DNA of 64,000 nucleotides from Octopus sinensis (taxonomy: Eukaryota). Made by a program: the position numbers and the translations under genes. Location: positions 34,658,001 through 34,722,000 of the forward strand of contig NC_043007.1 of the NCBI RefSeq assembly GCF_006345805.1, read 5' to 3'. The notes under the pieces were generated by a model that saw only the letters and a program-made list of their open reading frames with translations, was not told where the DNA came from and did not search any database. This document shows positions 38,613 through 50,952 of this stretch, in pieces (the stretch's first letter is position 1; each line of letters starts with the position of its first letter).

Positions 38613-39480
38613 ACACACACACACACACTCACACACACACACACACACATACGTGACTAACTTTGGACTGCCGTCCTTTTCGTGGTCAGCAGCCGCCGAG
38701 GCTAGACACATACTCTTCTCTCTTTGCCCCAAGGCATTTTCCTAATGCGCCAGCTCAAGTTCACCCGTCCTGTCGAAAAGACGCCTGTCTGTGACGTTCT
38801 GTTTTTGTTATTATTATTATCATTATTGTTTTTACTTATTTCCGTATTCTTATTCGTGTTATCTATTGTTTTTACGTATTTTTGTATTCTTATTCGTTCC
38901 CGTCCTTGTTTTGTATACATTCGAGGCTTTCTTCCAAGGAATCTAATGCGCTTGGCTTAGATTTTCCTTTGGGGCTGGCCAGGTCGGAGCAGACTCAGTC
39001 GAAATTGCGAGGATGATCCGGTTCTTTACTGAAGATTGAAGGCTTCGAATGTCCCGTCCGTGTTTTTTGTATCGTCTTCTAAATGTTTTGCGTTCTTGTC
39101 CCAGTTTGTATTTTTTTACATATACATATATATACATATATATATATATATATACGGCGGGCTTCTTTCAGTTTCCGTCTACAAAATCCACTCACAAGGC
39201 TTTGGTCGGCCCGAGGCTATAGTAGAAGACACTTGCCCAAGGTGCCACGCAGTGGGAATGAACCCGGAACCATGTGATTGGTAAGCAAGCTACTTTTATC
39301 ACACAGCCACTCCAGCACCTAATAAAACTTAAAGACAGATGAAATACTGGGAAACATTTCATCTGGCGCGCTAACGTTTCTGCCAGCTAGTCGCAGCCTT
39401 AATTTAAAAAGAAAAAATATTTTAGAAAAGAGATCCACTGAAAGCATGTTAAAAGCCCACTAAGAGCACATGAAGTAAAG

Positions 39481-39973
39481 ACGTGTGACTTAATGGTTAG
39501 GGTGTTGAATTCATGATCGTAAGGTTGTGGTTTCGATTCCTGGACCGGGCGACGCGTTGTGTTCTTGAGCAAAACACTTCATTTCACGTTGCTCCAGTCC
39601 ACTCAGCTGGCAAAAATGAGTTATCCTGTGACGGACCGGCGTCCCGTCCAGGTGGGGAATTTCTATGCCACTTAAACCGGGAAACCGGCCCTTATGAGCC
39701 TGGCATGGCTGAGAAGGAACATTCTGTGGGGGGCGCGTGGCTTAGTGGTTAGGGTGTTGAACACATGATCGTAATGTTGTGGTTTCGATTCCTGGACCGG
39801 GCGACGCGTTGTGTTCTTGAGCAAAACACTTCATTTCACGTTAATCCAGTCCACTCAGCTGGCAAAAAGGAGTAACGCTGCGATGGACTGGCGTCCCGTC
39901 CAGCTGGGGAACACATACGCCATAGAAACCGGGAAACCGGGCCCATGAGCCTGGCTAGGCTTTAAAAGGGCGC
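39481..39973 (+). mobile_element. Two tandem SINE-D copies (head ggcgcgtggcttagtggttagggtg, B-box gtttcgattcc)
   Basis: Units at 39481-~39720 and 39728-39973; older relatives at 8865-9015 and 55988-56290 (different tail). Confidence 0.8.
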
Positions 39974-40479
39974 AAAGAAAAAAAAACAAAGAGAGCACAT
40001 GAACGGTCCAGATGTGGAATCATTCATTGTGCTCACTTATTATCGACTGCTGCATTAAACAATGCAGTCGTAGATGCTCCTGAAATGACGGATGGACACA
40101 GCCGAGGCGCCATTCATCATGGGTTTGCTCAGTAAGGGATGATCCGAGGTTAAGCAGCAACGACTATGAATTTTCGAGAGAAGAATAAATATGTGACACA
40201 GTGTTAAAAATTAAAGTTATTTAGTCTGAGAAATCAATCGATAATGTTTGATATTATTTAGTTTACGTGACGAATCGATTGCAAAGAGACGAAAAATGAG
40301 GAAATAATTAAGTGACTGAAATGTGATTAGACTGGTGACGTTGAGTGTTGAATGTGTGTATGTGTGTGTGTATGTGAGTGCATTTGTGTGTGTGTGGTGT
40401 GTGTGTGTGTGTGTGTGTGTCCGTGTGTGTCTGTATGTGTATTTATGTGTGTGTTTATGTGTGTATGTGTTGGTGAGTG

Positions 40480-40960
40480 AGTGAGTGAGTGAGCGACAGT
40501 GAATGCGTGTGTTTTTGAGTGACAGAGTGAATGAGTGGGTGTGAGAGGGTGATGTTCGTGAGTGAGTGGGTAAGTGAAGAAGTGAGTGCGTGTGCAAATG
40601 AGTATGTATGTCAGTGAGTGAATGAATAACTGAGTGAGTGAATGAGTGAGTGGGTAAGTGAGTGAGTGAGTGAGCAAGTGAGTGAGTGAGTGAGTGAGTG
40701 AGTGAGTGAGTGAGTGAGTGAGTGAGTGAGTGAGTGAGTGAGTGAGTGAGTGAGTGAGTGAGTGGGTGAGTGAGTGGAGAGTGAGTGAGTGGGTGAGTGA
40801 GTGAGTAAGTGAGTGAGTGAGTGAGTGAGTGAGTGGGTGAGTGAGTGAGTGAGTGAGTGAGTGAGTAAGTGAGTGAGTGATGAGTGAGTAAGTGAGTGAG
40901 TGAGTAAGTGAGTGAGTAAGTAAGTGAGTGAGTGACTGAGTGAGTGAATGAGTCTGTCAG
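40480..40960. repeat. (GAGT)n microsatellite
   Basis: Read directly. Confidence 0.95.
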
Positions 40961-41182
40961 TCATTCAGTCAGTTATCGAGAGAGTGAGTGAATAGGCGAA
41001 CAGGCAAGCGAGTAAATGAGAATAAGTGGGTGAGTAAATAAGCGAAGGCGAGAGCGATCCATCAAGCACAATATTCTTAACACCCATCCTTTGTACACCA
41101 TCAACACCCTTAAAACTTCCTCGAGAAGCGCTATACTCCTTATCAAGGAATTTTCTTAGAAGAACATAAATTTGTTACGTTT

Positions 41183-41226
41183 AGTCACTGATGAGGTCAC
41201 AGATGCGTGACGAAAGATTTCAAGAC
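41183..41226 (+). ncRNA. Hammerhead-like motif (degenerate stem I) in a dispersed ~150-bp repeat
   Basis: CUGAUGA-G-GUCAC(agaugc)GUGAC-GAAA-GAUUUC. A more decayed homolog lies at ~55697-55740, with shared downstream sequence to ~41340 and ~55840. Confidence 0.5.
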
Positions 41227-41846
41227 AATGGACATAATATAAGTAAAGAACAATAATAAACGAGTGAAGAACGAAAATATAGTGTGCGTGTGTGTGTGTT
41301 TCTTTGGCAAGAAAAAAAAGATGACCGTCCCGAAATATAAGAACATAAAGTTGGTTTCATGTTACATGCTTTTGAGTGATTTTTACGAGATGCCACCTTG
41401 TCGGCCAAATACAGACAATATCATCACACCTGCCAGGACACAGGATGCAAAGAGCCGAAGCAAACACTGTAATCCATTTTGTTCCGCGTCTTAAGAATTC
41501 TTCCAGTCCATGGGGCGGGGCTGATGGTTTACTTTAATAGGCTCTGGAAGGACAAAAGTCAAGTTGACCTCAGCGGTATTGACAACTCGAAGGAGATAAA
41601 GCTTGAAATAATAGGGTGCAGAATACTGATTTCAAATTTTCGCACAAAGCCAGCAAGTTCGGGGGAATGGGTAAGTCGACCCCGAAAGAATGAAAGGCAA
41701 AGTCGACCTCGGCGGGATTTGAACTCAGAACATAAAGTCGGACGAAATGCCGCTAAGTATTTTGCATGGTGTCCTAACGATTCTGCCTGCTCACCGCCTT
41801 AATAACGTGTAGAATATCAAGTTTGGAAGGAAAAAAAAATGTTGTA

Positions 41847-41910
41847 GGTTGTCCGTAGGACTTGAACTCATAACGTGTGTAAATATGACAGATGCTCTAC
41901 CATTATATCA
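41847..41910 (-). other. Degenerate tRNA-like segment (old SINE head or tRNA pseudogene)
   Basis: Minus strand A-box-like tggtagagc and B-box-like gagttcaagtcc at tRNA spacing; no full cloverleaf. Confidence 0.4.
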
Positions 41911-42285
41911 AAACAACCCAGCGAATTTCCTCCATCCATTTAAGAAGTGTTGCTTGTTCTTACTTTCCAGGATTGTATTTTATTTACGCCAAAAGAATTT
42001 AGAAATTTCGAGAGATGTGAAAAACATCGTTGGTAAGGTCAAAACTTGTAGAGATGCTTTTGTATAGTATCGTGTTTACTGAAGAGGTGGGTTCTAGTTT
42101 CACGGCGACCCTTCGAATTTTTCCATCACATGAGTGTTCTTAATACCAAATTCTACATGCTTTTATTTATAGTCTTATCTACTTCGAGTTCCAGGGTCAA
42201 AAGAAGAAAAAAAACACGATATATTTCATATCTCTATAATTCTAAATTCGTTTGGTGTAAGCAATATCTGTAACTACCTATAGAT

Positions 42286-42343
<58 letters not shown>

Positions 42344-42910
42344 CTGTATACATACATATATATATATATTATATAGCGTCTCTTTAAATGGAAGTCTACG
42401 AAGATGATATTGTGAATGGAAGGTGTCAACGGACCTATGTCAATTTATTTATTATTTCTTGTTTAAAAACGTCAAGTTTAAGTTTGGTTTTTAATAAAAT
42501 CAACTTCACCAAATTATATTTTTCACGCAATATTTCCAAAATGTCAGATGTAAACCGTGTGTATCTCGATTTTTCTTCTTTTTTTTTTCACTTTCTCTTT
42601 CATTTTCTATCCAATCATCTTTTTTAAAAAAATCTTTTTTCTAGTTTATGGTTTCTGGCCAGTTTTTTTCAGTATATCGTTTTCCTTTTTGGAGTTCGTC
42701 TCAGTTTTTTAAATTTTTTCTCTTATTTTACCCAGTTTGATTTTTTTCTTTCCTTGAAACATGTAGTGTAACCTAGCGAACAGTTAACGGAAGAGAGATA
42801 ATCATTTCTTCATAACATTTGGCGGAATCAGAAGTTTACATTTGAGATTAATAGAAAAGATGCATAAAATATGCATATTTAAATTTATTTATATTTCATT
42901 TTTTTTTTCA

Positions 42911-43272
42911 TTTTATCTAGTTTCAGCTCACGAGCTGTGGCCATACTGGGGCACCGCCATTCGGTGTTGCTGCATGATTTTGCGTCACGAACGCTTTTTA
43001 GCAATTGACATTTGGTGCATGAGAGAGTTTGATGCAGCTGCCCTCATCTGCACCTCCTGCTGTGCAGTTGGTTCATCTGGGACACCTCACAGGAAGAGAT
43101 CCAGTTTTATTTTAAAGACATCTGCATCCACCCCATGCAGCTCTCTCAGGTCCTTCGGGAGGATATTGAAGTGATGTGGACCTCTGAAGCCCAGGTTATC
43201 ACAGTATCTTGTCCTACATCTTGATGGCCAATTTGGAGTCTTTGGCACTATGCAGTGCCAAGGACTCCAAAT
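42911..43272 (-). mobile_element. CR1-group LINE 3' end, 5'-truncated
   Basis: CIVPKTPNWPSRCRTRYCDNLGFRGPHHFNILPKDLRELHGVDADVFKIKLDLFL*GVPDEP...RAAASNSL; tail ggcggtgccccagtatggccacagctcgtgagctgaaac. Confidence 0.85.
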
Positions 43273-43799
43273 ATATTATTTATTTTGCATTTTATTTTAA
43301 CTATTAATGTAATTATGTAGTTTATCTTATTTTTTATTTTATTTTATTTACTTTATAACCATTTCAAATTTTAGCACAAGGTCAGCAGTTTTTTTTAGTG
43401 AAGGCGACTTGCTTAATTACATGGTCCCCGGTGCTAGTTTGGGGCTTTATTTTTATCGATGAAAGGCACAGCTGACCTCGGCGGGATTTGATCTCAGAAC
43501 GTAAATATTTTATCCCGCGTGCTATGATTCTGCCAGGCCGAGGTGAGAAGGTTTTTAGTTTCTTTCCCTTTGAAAATAAAGCGTAACATAGTATAACATA
43601 TGCCTGTATAACGATAGAATAATACATATTTGTAATACAGTTGTATAATATATATTTGTAATACTACAGCATAATATATATTGTATAATAAATGCTAGTA
43701 CGATATATATTTGTAATCCCATATTATAATAGATATTTGCAATAAACATAACCGTAAAAGTAAGCCTCGTTTCTCTTAATCAAAAAGACACGTTATAAT

Positions 43800-45750
43800 A
43801 TAAGCACAGGAATAAGCTGAATAACAATAAGTCTCCAGGGTCTTATGGAATCTGTGCAGAAGTTTTGAAATATGGGAGTGACAAAATGTTTGAACTCTTA
43901 AATATATTAATTTGTCACTGTTAGAGAACTGAGAAAGTGACTCAAGACTGGGTTGATGTTATTTTAGTCTCTGTATAAATCGGAGCCAAAGGATCTGTGT
44001 GATAATTTTCGTGGGATTTCACTTCTGTCTGTGGTTGGAAAGGTACTTGCCCGCATTTTGGTAGAACGTTTAAATACCTTCATAGTTTCAAATATGGTGT
44101 CTGAGTCTCAGTGTGGTTTTCGCTCCTCCAGGGACACATCTGATTGTATCTTTACTATTTGCAAGAAAATTGCATTGAACAGAATCTTGCTTTATACCAT
44201 TGCTTTGTTGATTTGAGCAAAGCATTCGATACTGTTAATCGAAATGCTCTGTGGCTAATTCTAAGGAAAATAGGTTGCCCAGAAAAATTTGTAAACATGA
44301 CCAGGGCTTTGCATCAAGATATGAAAGTTAGAGTTAATTTTGGTGGTAGAGTCTCTGAATCTTTTACCGTGGAAAATGGAGTTAAGCAAGGAGACCAAAA
44401 CGCATCCTCTTTGCAATATACTTTGCTGTTGTGATGTCACACGCTTTTCAAAACTCCGAGAAGGGTATTTACATAAATTATCGAGCAACAGGAATGTTTT
44501 TAATCTGACCAGACTGAAATTCAAAACGAAAGATTTTGCTTCACTGATTAGAGAACTCTTATACGCTGACGATTGCGATCTAGTCAGTCATTCTGAAACA
44601 GGTCTGCAATCTCTTGTATCTGCATTTGACTCAGCTTGTGATGATTTTGGCTTTACCATCAACTTGAAAAAAAAACGTCTGTAATGTATCAACCTGCATG
44701 TGGTGTTGTTGTTTGCGACCCCACTAAAATTTTTGTTAAGGGTAAGTTACATGAGGCTGTTTGGAAGCTCTGTACAAAATTATGGAAATCTGGATACAGA
44801 AATACATCTGCAGCACTGGCGGCTTGGAGTCACACGTTTGGTGCCAACGATATATAAATAACAATACAACGTTGGCTCTTTACAAATCATTTGTCGTACC
44901 ATCCCTGTTGTATCCTTCTTGAACATAGACATGTTATGAAAGACATTTCAAATTGTTAGAACAATTCCACCAAAAATGCTTTCATCGTATTTTAAACGTT
45001 AAAGGGAGTTCTTTTACTCCAAACACAGATGTTCTTGCTTCCGCAGGCATCACCTCAATCAAAGCTATGATTTCGAAAAACCAAATGAGATGGTGAGGCC
45101 ATATTGTTCGAATGGCGGATGAACGCACGCCCAAACAGATGTTTTATGGTGAGCTTGCGGAGGCGAAACACTATCGGTGAAAACCTATAAAAAGGTTTAA
45201 GGACAGCATAAGGACTATGATGAAGTCACTTGGAATGGATCCAGAGGACATAGAAACCAATTGATTCAGATCGAGTTGGATGGCGAACAAAAGTGTGGAG
45301 TGAAATCGTTTGACGAGGCAAGGATAACGCATGCAAGACTCGAGAGAAATTTTACGAAGAATCTTACAATCGAGAAGGTGAATCACGATGATCTTTTTGT
45401 GTGCAGAGTTTGTGACAGACAATGCCTTTCTTTTGCTAGGCTCAAATCTCATTTGCGAATCTATGGAAAACGAACCTCCACCAACTATTCTGCCTATATG
45501 TCTGTGCACACCCTTCTATGAAATGTATGCCAGAAGGTCTGCAAATCTAACGGAGGTCTCAAAAGATATTTTAAGATCCACAAAGATTTGAACTTAAACT
45601 GCAGCTCTTGGTGGTCCAAATCGGATATGCAATCTATGTGGGTATCTTTTCAAGACATCGTCTGGTTTAAAAAGCCACATCAGATGCCATGATGATTCTA
45701 AGGTATAGGTACAGGAGGTGGTTAAACTCTGCATAAGGAGTAGACAACCA
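43800..45750 (+). mobile_element. RTE-clade LINE, 5'-truncated, decayed RT and C-terminus
   Basis: KSPGSYGICAEVLK, NFRGISLLSVVGKVLARIL, ESQCGFR, FVDLSKAFDTVNR, GVKQGD, LLYADDC, then three C2H2-spaced fingers ending at TAG 45706-45708. Many stops and frameshifts. Confidence 0.9.
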
Positions 45751-45759
45751 GCATATATA

Positions 45760-45832
<73 letters not shown>

Positions 45833-46137
45833 TGTATTTCGTTTCTGGATTTGCTTTGCAAGATTCTTTATATGAGTTCATGTGTTGAAGCATATTCTGT
45901 TGTGTCTGGGGAGAGTCATTTTCTTTTTGTGTCTTATAATTTTACACTCACCGGTAAAATTTCCACTTATTTCTTATTTTTATTTTCCTAAAATTTTCGT
46001 TGCGTCTTGCAACCTTTTCAATAGTCTTGACTAGTCAAGACTATTGAAAAGGTTGCAAGACGCAACGAAAATTTTACCGGTGAGTGTGTTACATTATAAG
46101 GCACAAAAATAAAATTACTCTCCCCAGACACAACAAA

Positions 46138-46175
<38 letters not shown>

Positions 46176-46366
46176 GTGTGTGTGTGCGTGTACGCGCGCG
46201 CGCATTTGTATAAGTATATGCGGTTCGGTAAAACACACCGATAAAATAAGTACTAGGCTTAAGAAATAAGTCCTAGGGTTGATTTATTCTACTAAAAAAA
46301 ACATCCTTCAAGACGGTACTCCAGCATGGCCGCAATCAGATGACTGAAACAAGTGAAAAAAATAAT

Positions 46367-46417
<51 letters not shown>

Positions 46418-46598
46418 CACGGTGTTCCAAAAGTCACTATTGGGTTTCAATTTTTAATAACTTTCTCAACTTCTCAAATAAATGCATGAAATTTTGATAC
46501 AATATAAAGGATATAATGGAAATTAATATGCACAAATCAAAATTTGCAACCCCACTACATCACATATGAAAAAGGACATCGCTTAAATGACCGCCATT
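46418..46598 (-). mobile_element. Tc1/mariner-superfamily 3' end fragment
   Basis: TA plus TIR-like cacggtgttccaaaagtcact at 46416 onward; minus strand NGGHLSDVLFHM* resembles transposase C-termini. Confidence 0.55.
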
Positions 46599-46764
46599 AT
46601 AACTGTTATTTCTAGTTCCTGTTTTCGTTGCTGTTGTTTTTGCTGTTATATTTTAGAGGAGGGAGAGGAGGAGGAGGAGGAGGAGGAGATGAATGAGGAG
46701 GAGGAGGGCAATACCCATGAACTTTACCTGACTCTCTCAGACTGATGAGCTCGGAGGCTAGACT

Positions 46765-47378
46765 GGAGAAATCGATGGCTGAACTGGTGCGATCAATAAC
46801 TAGACTTGGTAAGATGAATAACATTGCAGGTAATCACTATGATTACATTGGTGAGATCGATGACCAGACATGAGAGATCAATAACAAGACAAGAGAAATC
46901 GATAATAATAAAGGTGATCTCAGTGATTATATGAATGTGATCGATGACCAGACAGGTGAGATTAATGGCACGGCTGTGAGATCGATGGCGAGACTTGAGA
47001 AATCGATTGACAGAGAGGTTAAATCAATAACTGAACTGAAGAAATCGATTACCAGATAAATGAGATCGATACTAGACTGGCCAAATCAATTGCGGGACAG
47101 TGAAATCGATAGAAAGACCAATGAAATCGATTACTAAAGAGGGGGGATCAATAACAAGGATGTTGAAATCGATGACAAGCGAGATCAATAACCAGTCCAG
47201 AAAAATCGATGATCAGACATGTGAGATCAATAAGAAGGATTGTGGGATCGAGAACCACACACGTGAGATCAATCACCGAACTGGAAAAATCCATGACCAG
47301 ACAGGTGAGATCAATAATCTGACTACAAAAATCGACCTCCAGACAGGTGAAATCAATAGCGTGACCGGTAAGATTCAG
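46765..47378 (+). repeat. Decayed 21-bp tandem array (consensus ~ggtgagatc(g/a)atgaccagaca), ~29 units; inverted partial copy at 47677-47775
   Basis: Units were parsed by eye and largely alternate atcgat/atcaat. The intact stretch reads SEINNQSRKIDDQTCEINKKDCGIENHTREINHRTGKIHDQTGEINNLTTKIDLQTGEINSVTGKI. Confidence 0.85.
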
Positions 47379-47628
47379 ATATTTACTTCCGGTTTCGATT
47401 TTATAACCAACACGCCAATGTTATCGATTTAGAATTTGGAATTAGTTTTCTTCCACTTATTTCAGTCATTGGGTAGCGGCCATGCTTGGGGAGTTTTAGT
47501 CGAAGAATTTGACACAGTACTTATTTTTTGAAGTCTGGTACTTATTTCATCGGTCCTTTAGGTTGAACCGCAAAGTTACGAAGACATAAACAAAACCGAG
47601 ACCGGCTGTCAAGCAGTGGGGGGGGGTT

Positions 47629-47660
<32 letters not shown>

Positions 47661-47776
47661 CATATATGATTATTAATTTAACCTCTCTGTCAATCGATTT
47701 CTCAACTCTGACTATCCATCTCAACCTTGCCATTAATTTCACCTGTCTGGTCATCGATCTCACCAATGTAATCATT

Positions 47777-47874
<98 letters not shown>

Positions 47875-48032
47875 CCTGGCTGTTTATATATACAGGAAAG
47901 GTAACAAGAAAAGTAAAAAAAATATTTCAACACAAAAAAAAAAAAAACACCCAGGAACAACAAAAATTTTTTTTTTAAACTTTAGTAACAATCATCCATC
48001 CGGGTTCAGAAACCGCAACTCAAAATCACTAT

Positions 48033-48310
48033 ACAAACGCCAGTTGCCGACGTCACCTACGTCTAGTCCAATGAAATTTTACAAACACCAGTTGCTGACG
48101 TCACCTAACTCCAGGCCAATCAAAACCAAGCTTCAACAACTACAACGAAATGACCCTTTAAGAGAACCAACCAACCGGAACGATTTATGACCGTCGCTAC
48201 AGGAAGACCAACCAAGCAGAACGACAAGCTTGACCACGAAAAAAAAAACCTCACCAGTATTTTAGCGAATCAAAAATTAGATCCGCTTGCGGAAAAAGGT
48301 ATAAATACAT
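48033..48310 (+). promoter_or_regulatory. Promoter-like or LTR-U3-like module
   Basis: 48-bp tandem pair (48033-48076, 48081-48124), each with a CRE-like (C/T)GACGTCA followed by CCAAT; TATAAATA at 48300-48307. Motif-level evidence only. Confidence 0.4.
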
Positions 48311-48915
48311 CTGATCCCAAAATATACCACGACAAGCGAAACCGTCTCCTAGAAGATCAGAGAAATTGTAAACCAAATTCCTTTTTTTACTATTTTCATT
48401 TCACCCTTGCTTTTTTTTCATTATGACTTGTCAACCACCACTAAAATTAATGAACTTTGTACATTCAAACAAATTGATATACAATTTTAATGTTATTAAC
48501 TCCTATGAACATTCAAACTTACACCTGTCCTCCTAATTCATAATGCTAAATTTATCTATTTTGAACATGTTAATTTATCAACATTGAAACATTCTAGTTT
48601 GTCAACATTGAAACTTTTAAATATGTTTTTCTATTTCATAATTTTAAACTTTTAACATTGATAAACAAATATGTTTTTCGAATTCATAACTTTAAACTTT
48701 TACTATTGATAAACAAAAAAATATTGTTGAAACTAGTTTGGTATATATGTAAATAAATGTATTTTAAACACGAGTTTTTGAAATTTAGGTGCATTTTCAA
48801 CAACACATTTTCCTATATATATATATATATATATAAAGTTAATCCAAACAAGAAAACACAGAAAAAAAGAGAAAAAAACACAGCAACGCAGGACGTGGAA
48901 CAATTAAAGTATTAT

Positions 48916-48994
<79 letters not shown>

Positions 48995-49150
48995 ATGTAT
49001 ATATGTATGTATGTATGTATGTATATATGTATGTATGTATATATGTATGTATGTATATATGTATGTATGTATATATGTATGTATGTTGTATGTAGTATGT
49101 ATGTATGTATGTATGTATGTATATATATATATATATATATAATATATATA

Positions 49151-49191
<41 letters not shown>

Positions 49192-49196
<5 letters not shown>

Positions 49197-49357
49197 GTAA
49201 ATGTTACAATTATTCGGTAACCATATTAAAACTCCGAGTTTCGGATGCCGAGGTGGAAATCCGGTCATCGGGAAAAAAATCTTTTCCACCTCGGCATCCG
49301 AAACTCGGAGTTTTATCATGGCTACCGAATAATTGTCACATATTACATTTACAGATA
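49192..49357. repeat. 166-bp imperfect palindrome next to (TA)n
   Basis: taaaactccgagtttcggatgccgaggtggaaa and tttccacctcggcatccgaaactcggagtttta pair perfectly around a 23-nt spacer; the outer arms pair with small indels. Confidence 0.9.
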
Positions 49358-49414
49358 AATTTCTCTATTTACATAATATCGAGGTCTCTTTCATTTTTTG
49401 TTGTCTTACCATTT

Positions 49415-49466
<52 letters not shown>

Positions 49467-49924
49467 CTATCTATCCTATCTATCCTACATATATATATAC
49501 GAGTGACTTCTTTCAGTTTCTGTCTACGAAATCTACTCACGAGGCTTTGGTTGGCGAGAAGGCTATAGCAGAATATGCATGCAGTGGGACAGAACCCGAA
49601 ACCATATGGTTGAGAAGCAAGCTTCTTACCACACAGCCACGCCTGAGCTTATATTACAGCGAATCTTTTTTGATTTGGAGAATCGATGCTTACTGTAGAC
49701 GACGAGCTGGCAGAATCATTAACACCCGAGCAGAATGCTTTGCCGCATTTCGTCCGTCTTTACGTTCTGATTTCGAATTCCACCGAGGTCCACTTTGCTG
49801 TTGATGCTTTCGGGGCCAATAAAATAAATACGAGTTGATTACTGGGTTCAATGTAATCAACTAGCTTCCCCCCGCCCCTCCTTGAAATTCTGACCTTGTG
49901 TGTGAATTAGAAACCAATGTTTCA

Positions 49925-50952
49925 CTACAGTGATGTAACAGTGGTGGAATGTAACAGTCGTATGGTGTAACACTGGTGTTCTGTAACTGAGGTGTGGTGT
50001 AAGATGACTGCAGTGTAACAGTGTGTGGTGTAATGCTAGAGTCATGTGGCAGAGGTGTGATGTAACAGGGATATAAAAATTAGAGTGATATCACATTAAT
50101 CTGATGTCACAGTGATTTACTGTAACGGTAATGTGTGGTGTAAGAGTAATGTAGCGTAACAAAATGAGGTGTAACGCTACAGCATTGTATCAGTGATATG
50201 ATGTAACCCTGATGTGGCATAATACGACTGTGTGGAGGCGCAATGGCCCAGTGGTTAGGGCAGCGGACTCGCGGTTTCGATTCCCAGACCGGGCATTGTG
50301 AGTATTTATTGAGCAAAAACACGAGGATCTGGCGGGTGGGGGGTGAACCCCCGCTGCACTCTTTCACCACAACTTTCTCTCACTCTTTCTTCCTACCTCT
50401 TCCACAAAACAGAGGAACCATGGTGTAACTCACTATGGTGTGGTAAACTTTCAGACCCTAGTCTAGATTGCGAATCCTATGTACCCCAGGATGGTTCAGC
50501 TCTCCACCCGTTAAAATCCACCGTTTACGGAATGAGGATAACAACGTGGCTTTCGCGCCCGTGCAAGCGCCAGTCTATCGCGTGTGGTGGGTGGATCTTC
50601 AAGTTGCCACACGCGTTCTTAGTAGCTTAGAGTAAGCTCGAATTAGAGATTATTCTTTGTGGCTAATGGCGTGAGTTCTGATTAAAATAAGAAGAAGAAT
50701 ACGGCGGTGATGTAACACTAGATTGATGTAACAGTGGCATGGCGTAACAATGATGTAATGTAACACTGGCTTAGTGTAACAGGGATATGGTGTAAATGTA
50801 CTGTAGCGTAACGCCAGAGTATTGTAGCAGTGGTATAGAACAATAGGGATACAAGAGTACTGAGGTGTAACATTGATGTGATGTAACAGACATGAGGGTG
50901 TAACAGTAGACTGATGCAACCACGATGGGGTGTAACAGTATCGTGATGTAAC
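49925..50952. repeat. Old 16-bp minisatellite (~cagtgatgtggtgtaa), split by a SINE-B head (50233-50400) and a unique segment
   Basis: tgtaa recurs every ~16 bp at 49925-50220 and 50705-50952. Confidence 0.75.

Noticed and set aside
41350-41560. Possible minus-strand exon with a hydrophobic peptide (LQCLLRLFASCVLAGVMILSVFG)
   Set aside because: All three frames from the best acceptor hit stops, and the peptide matches no family I recognise.
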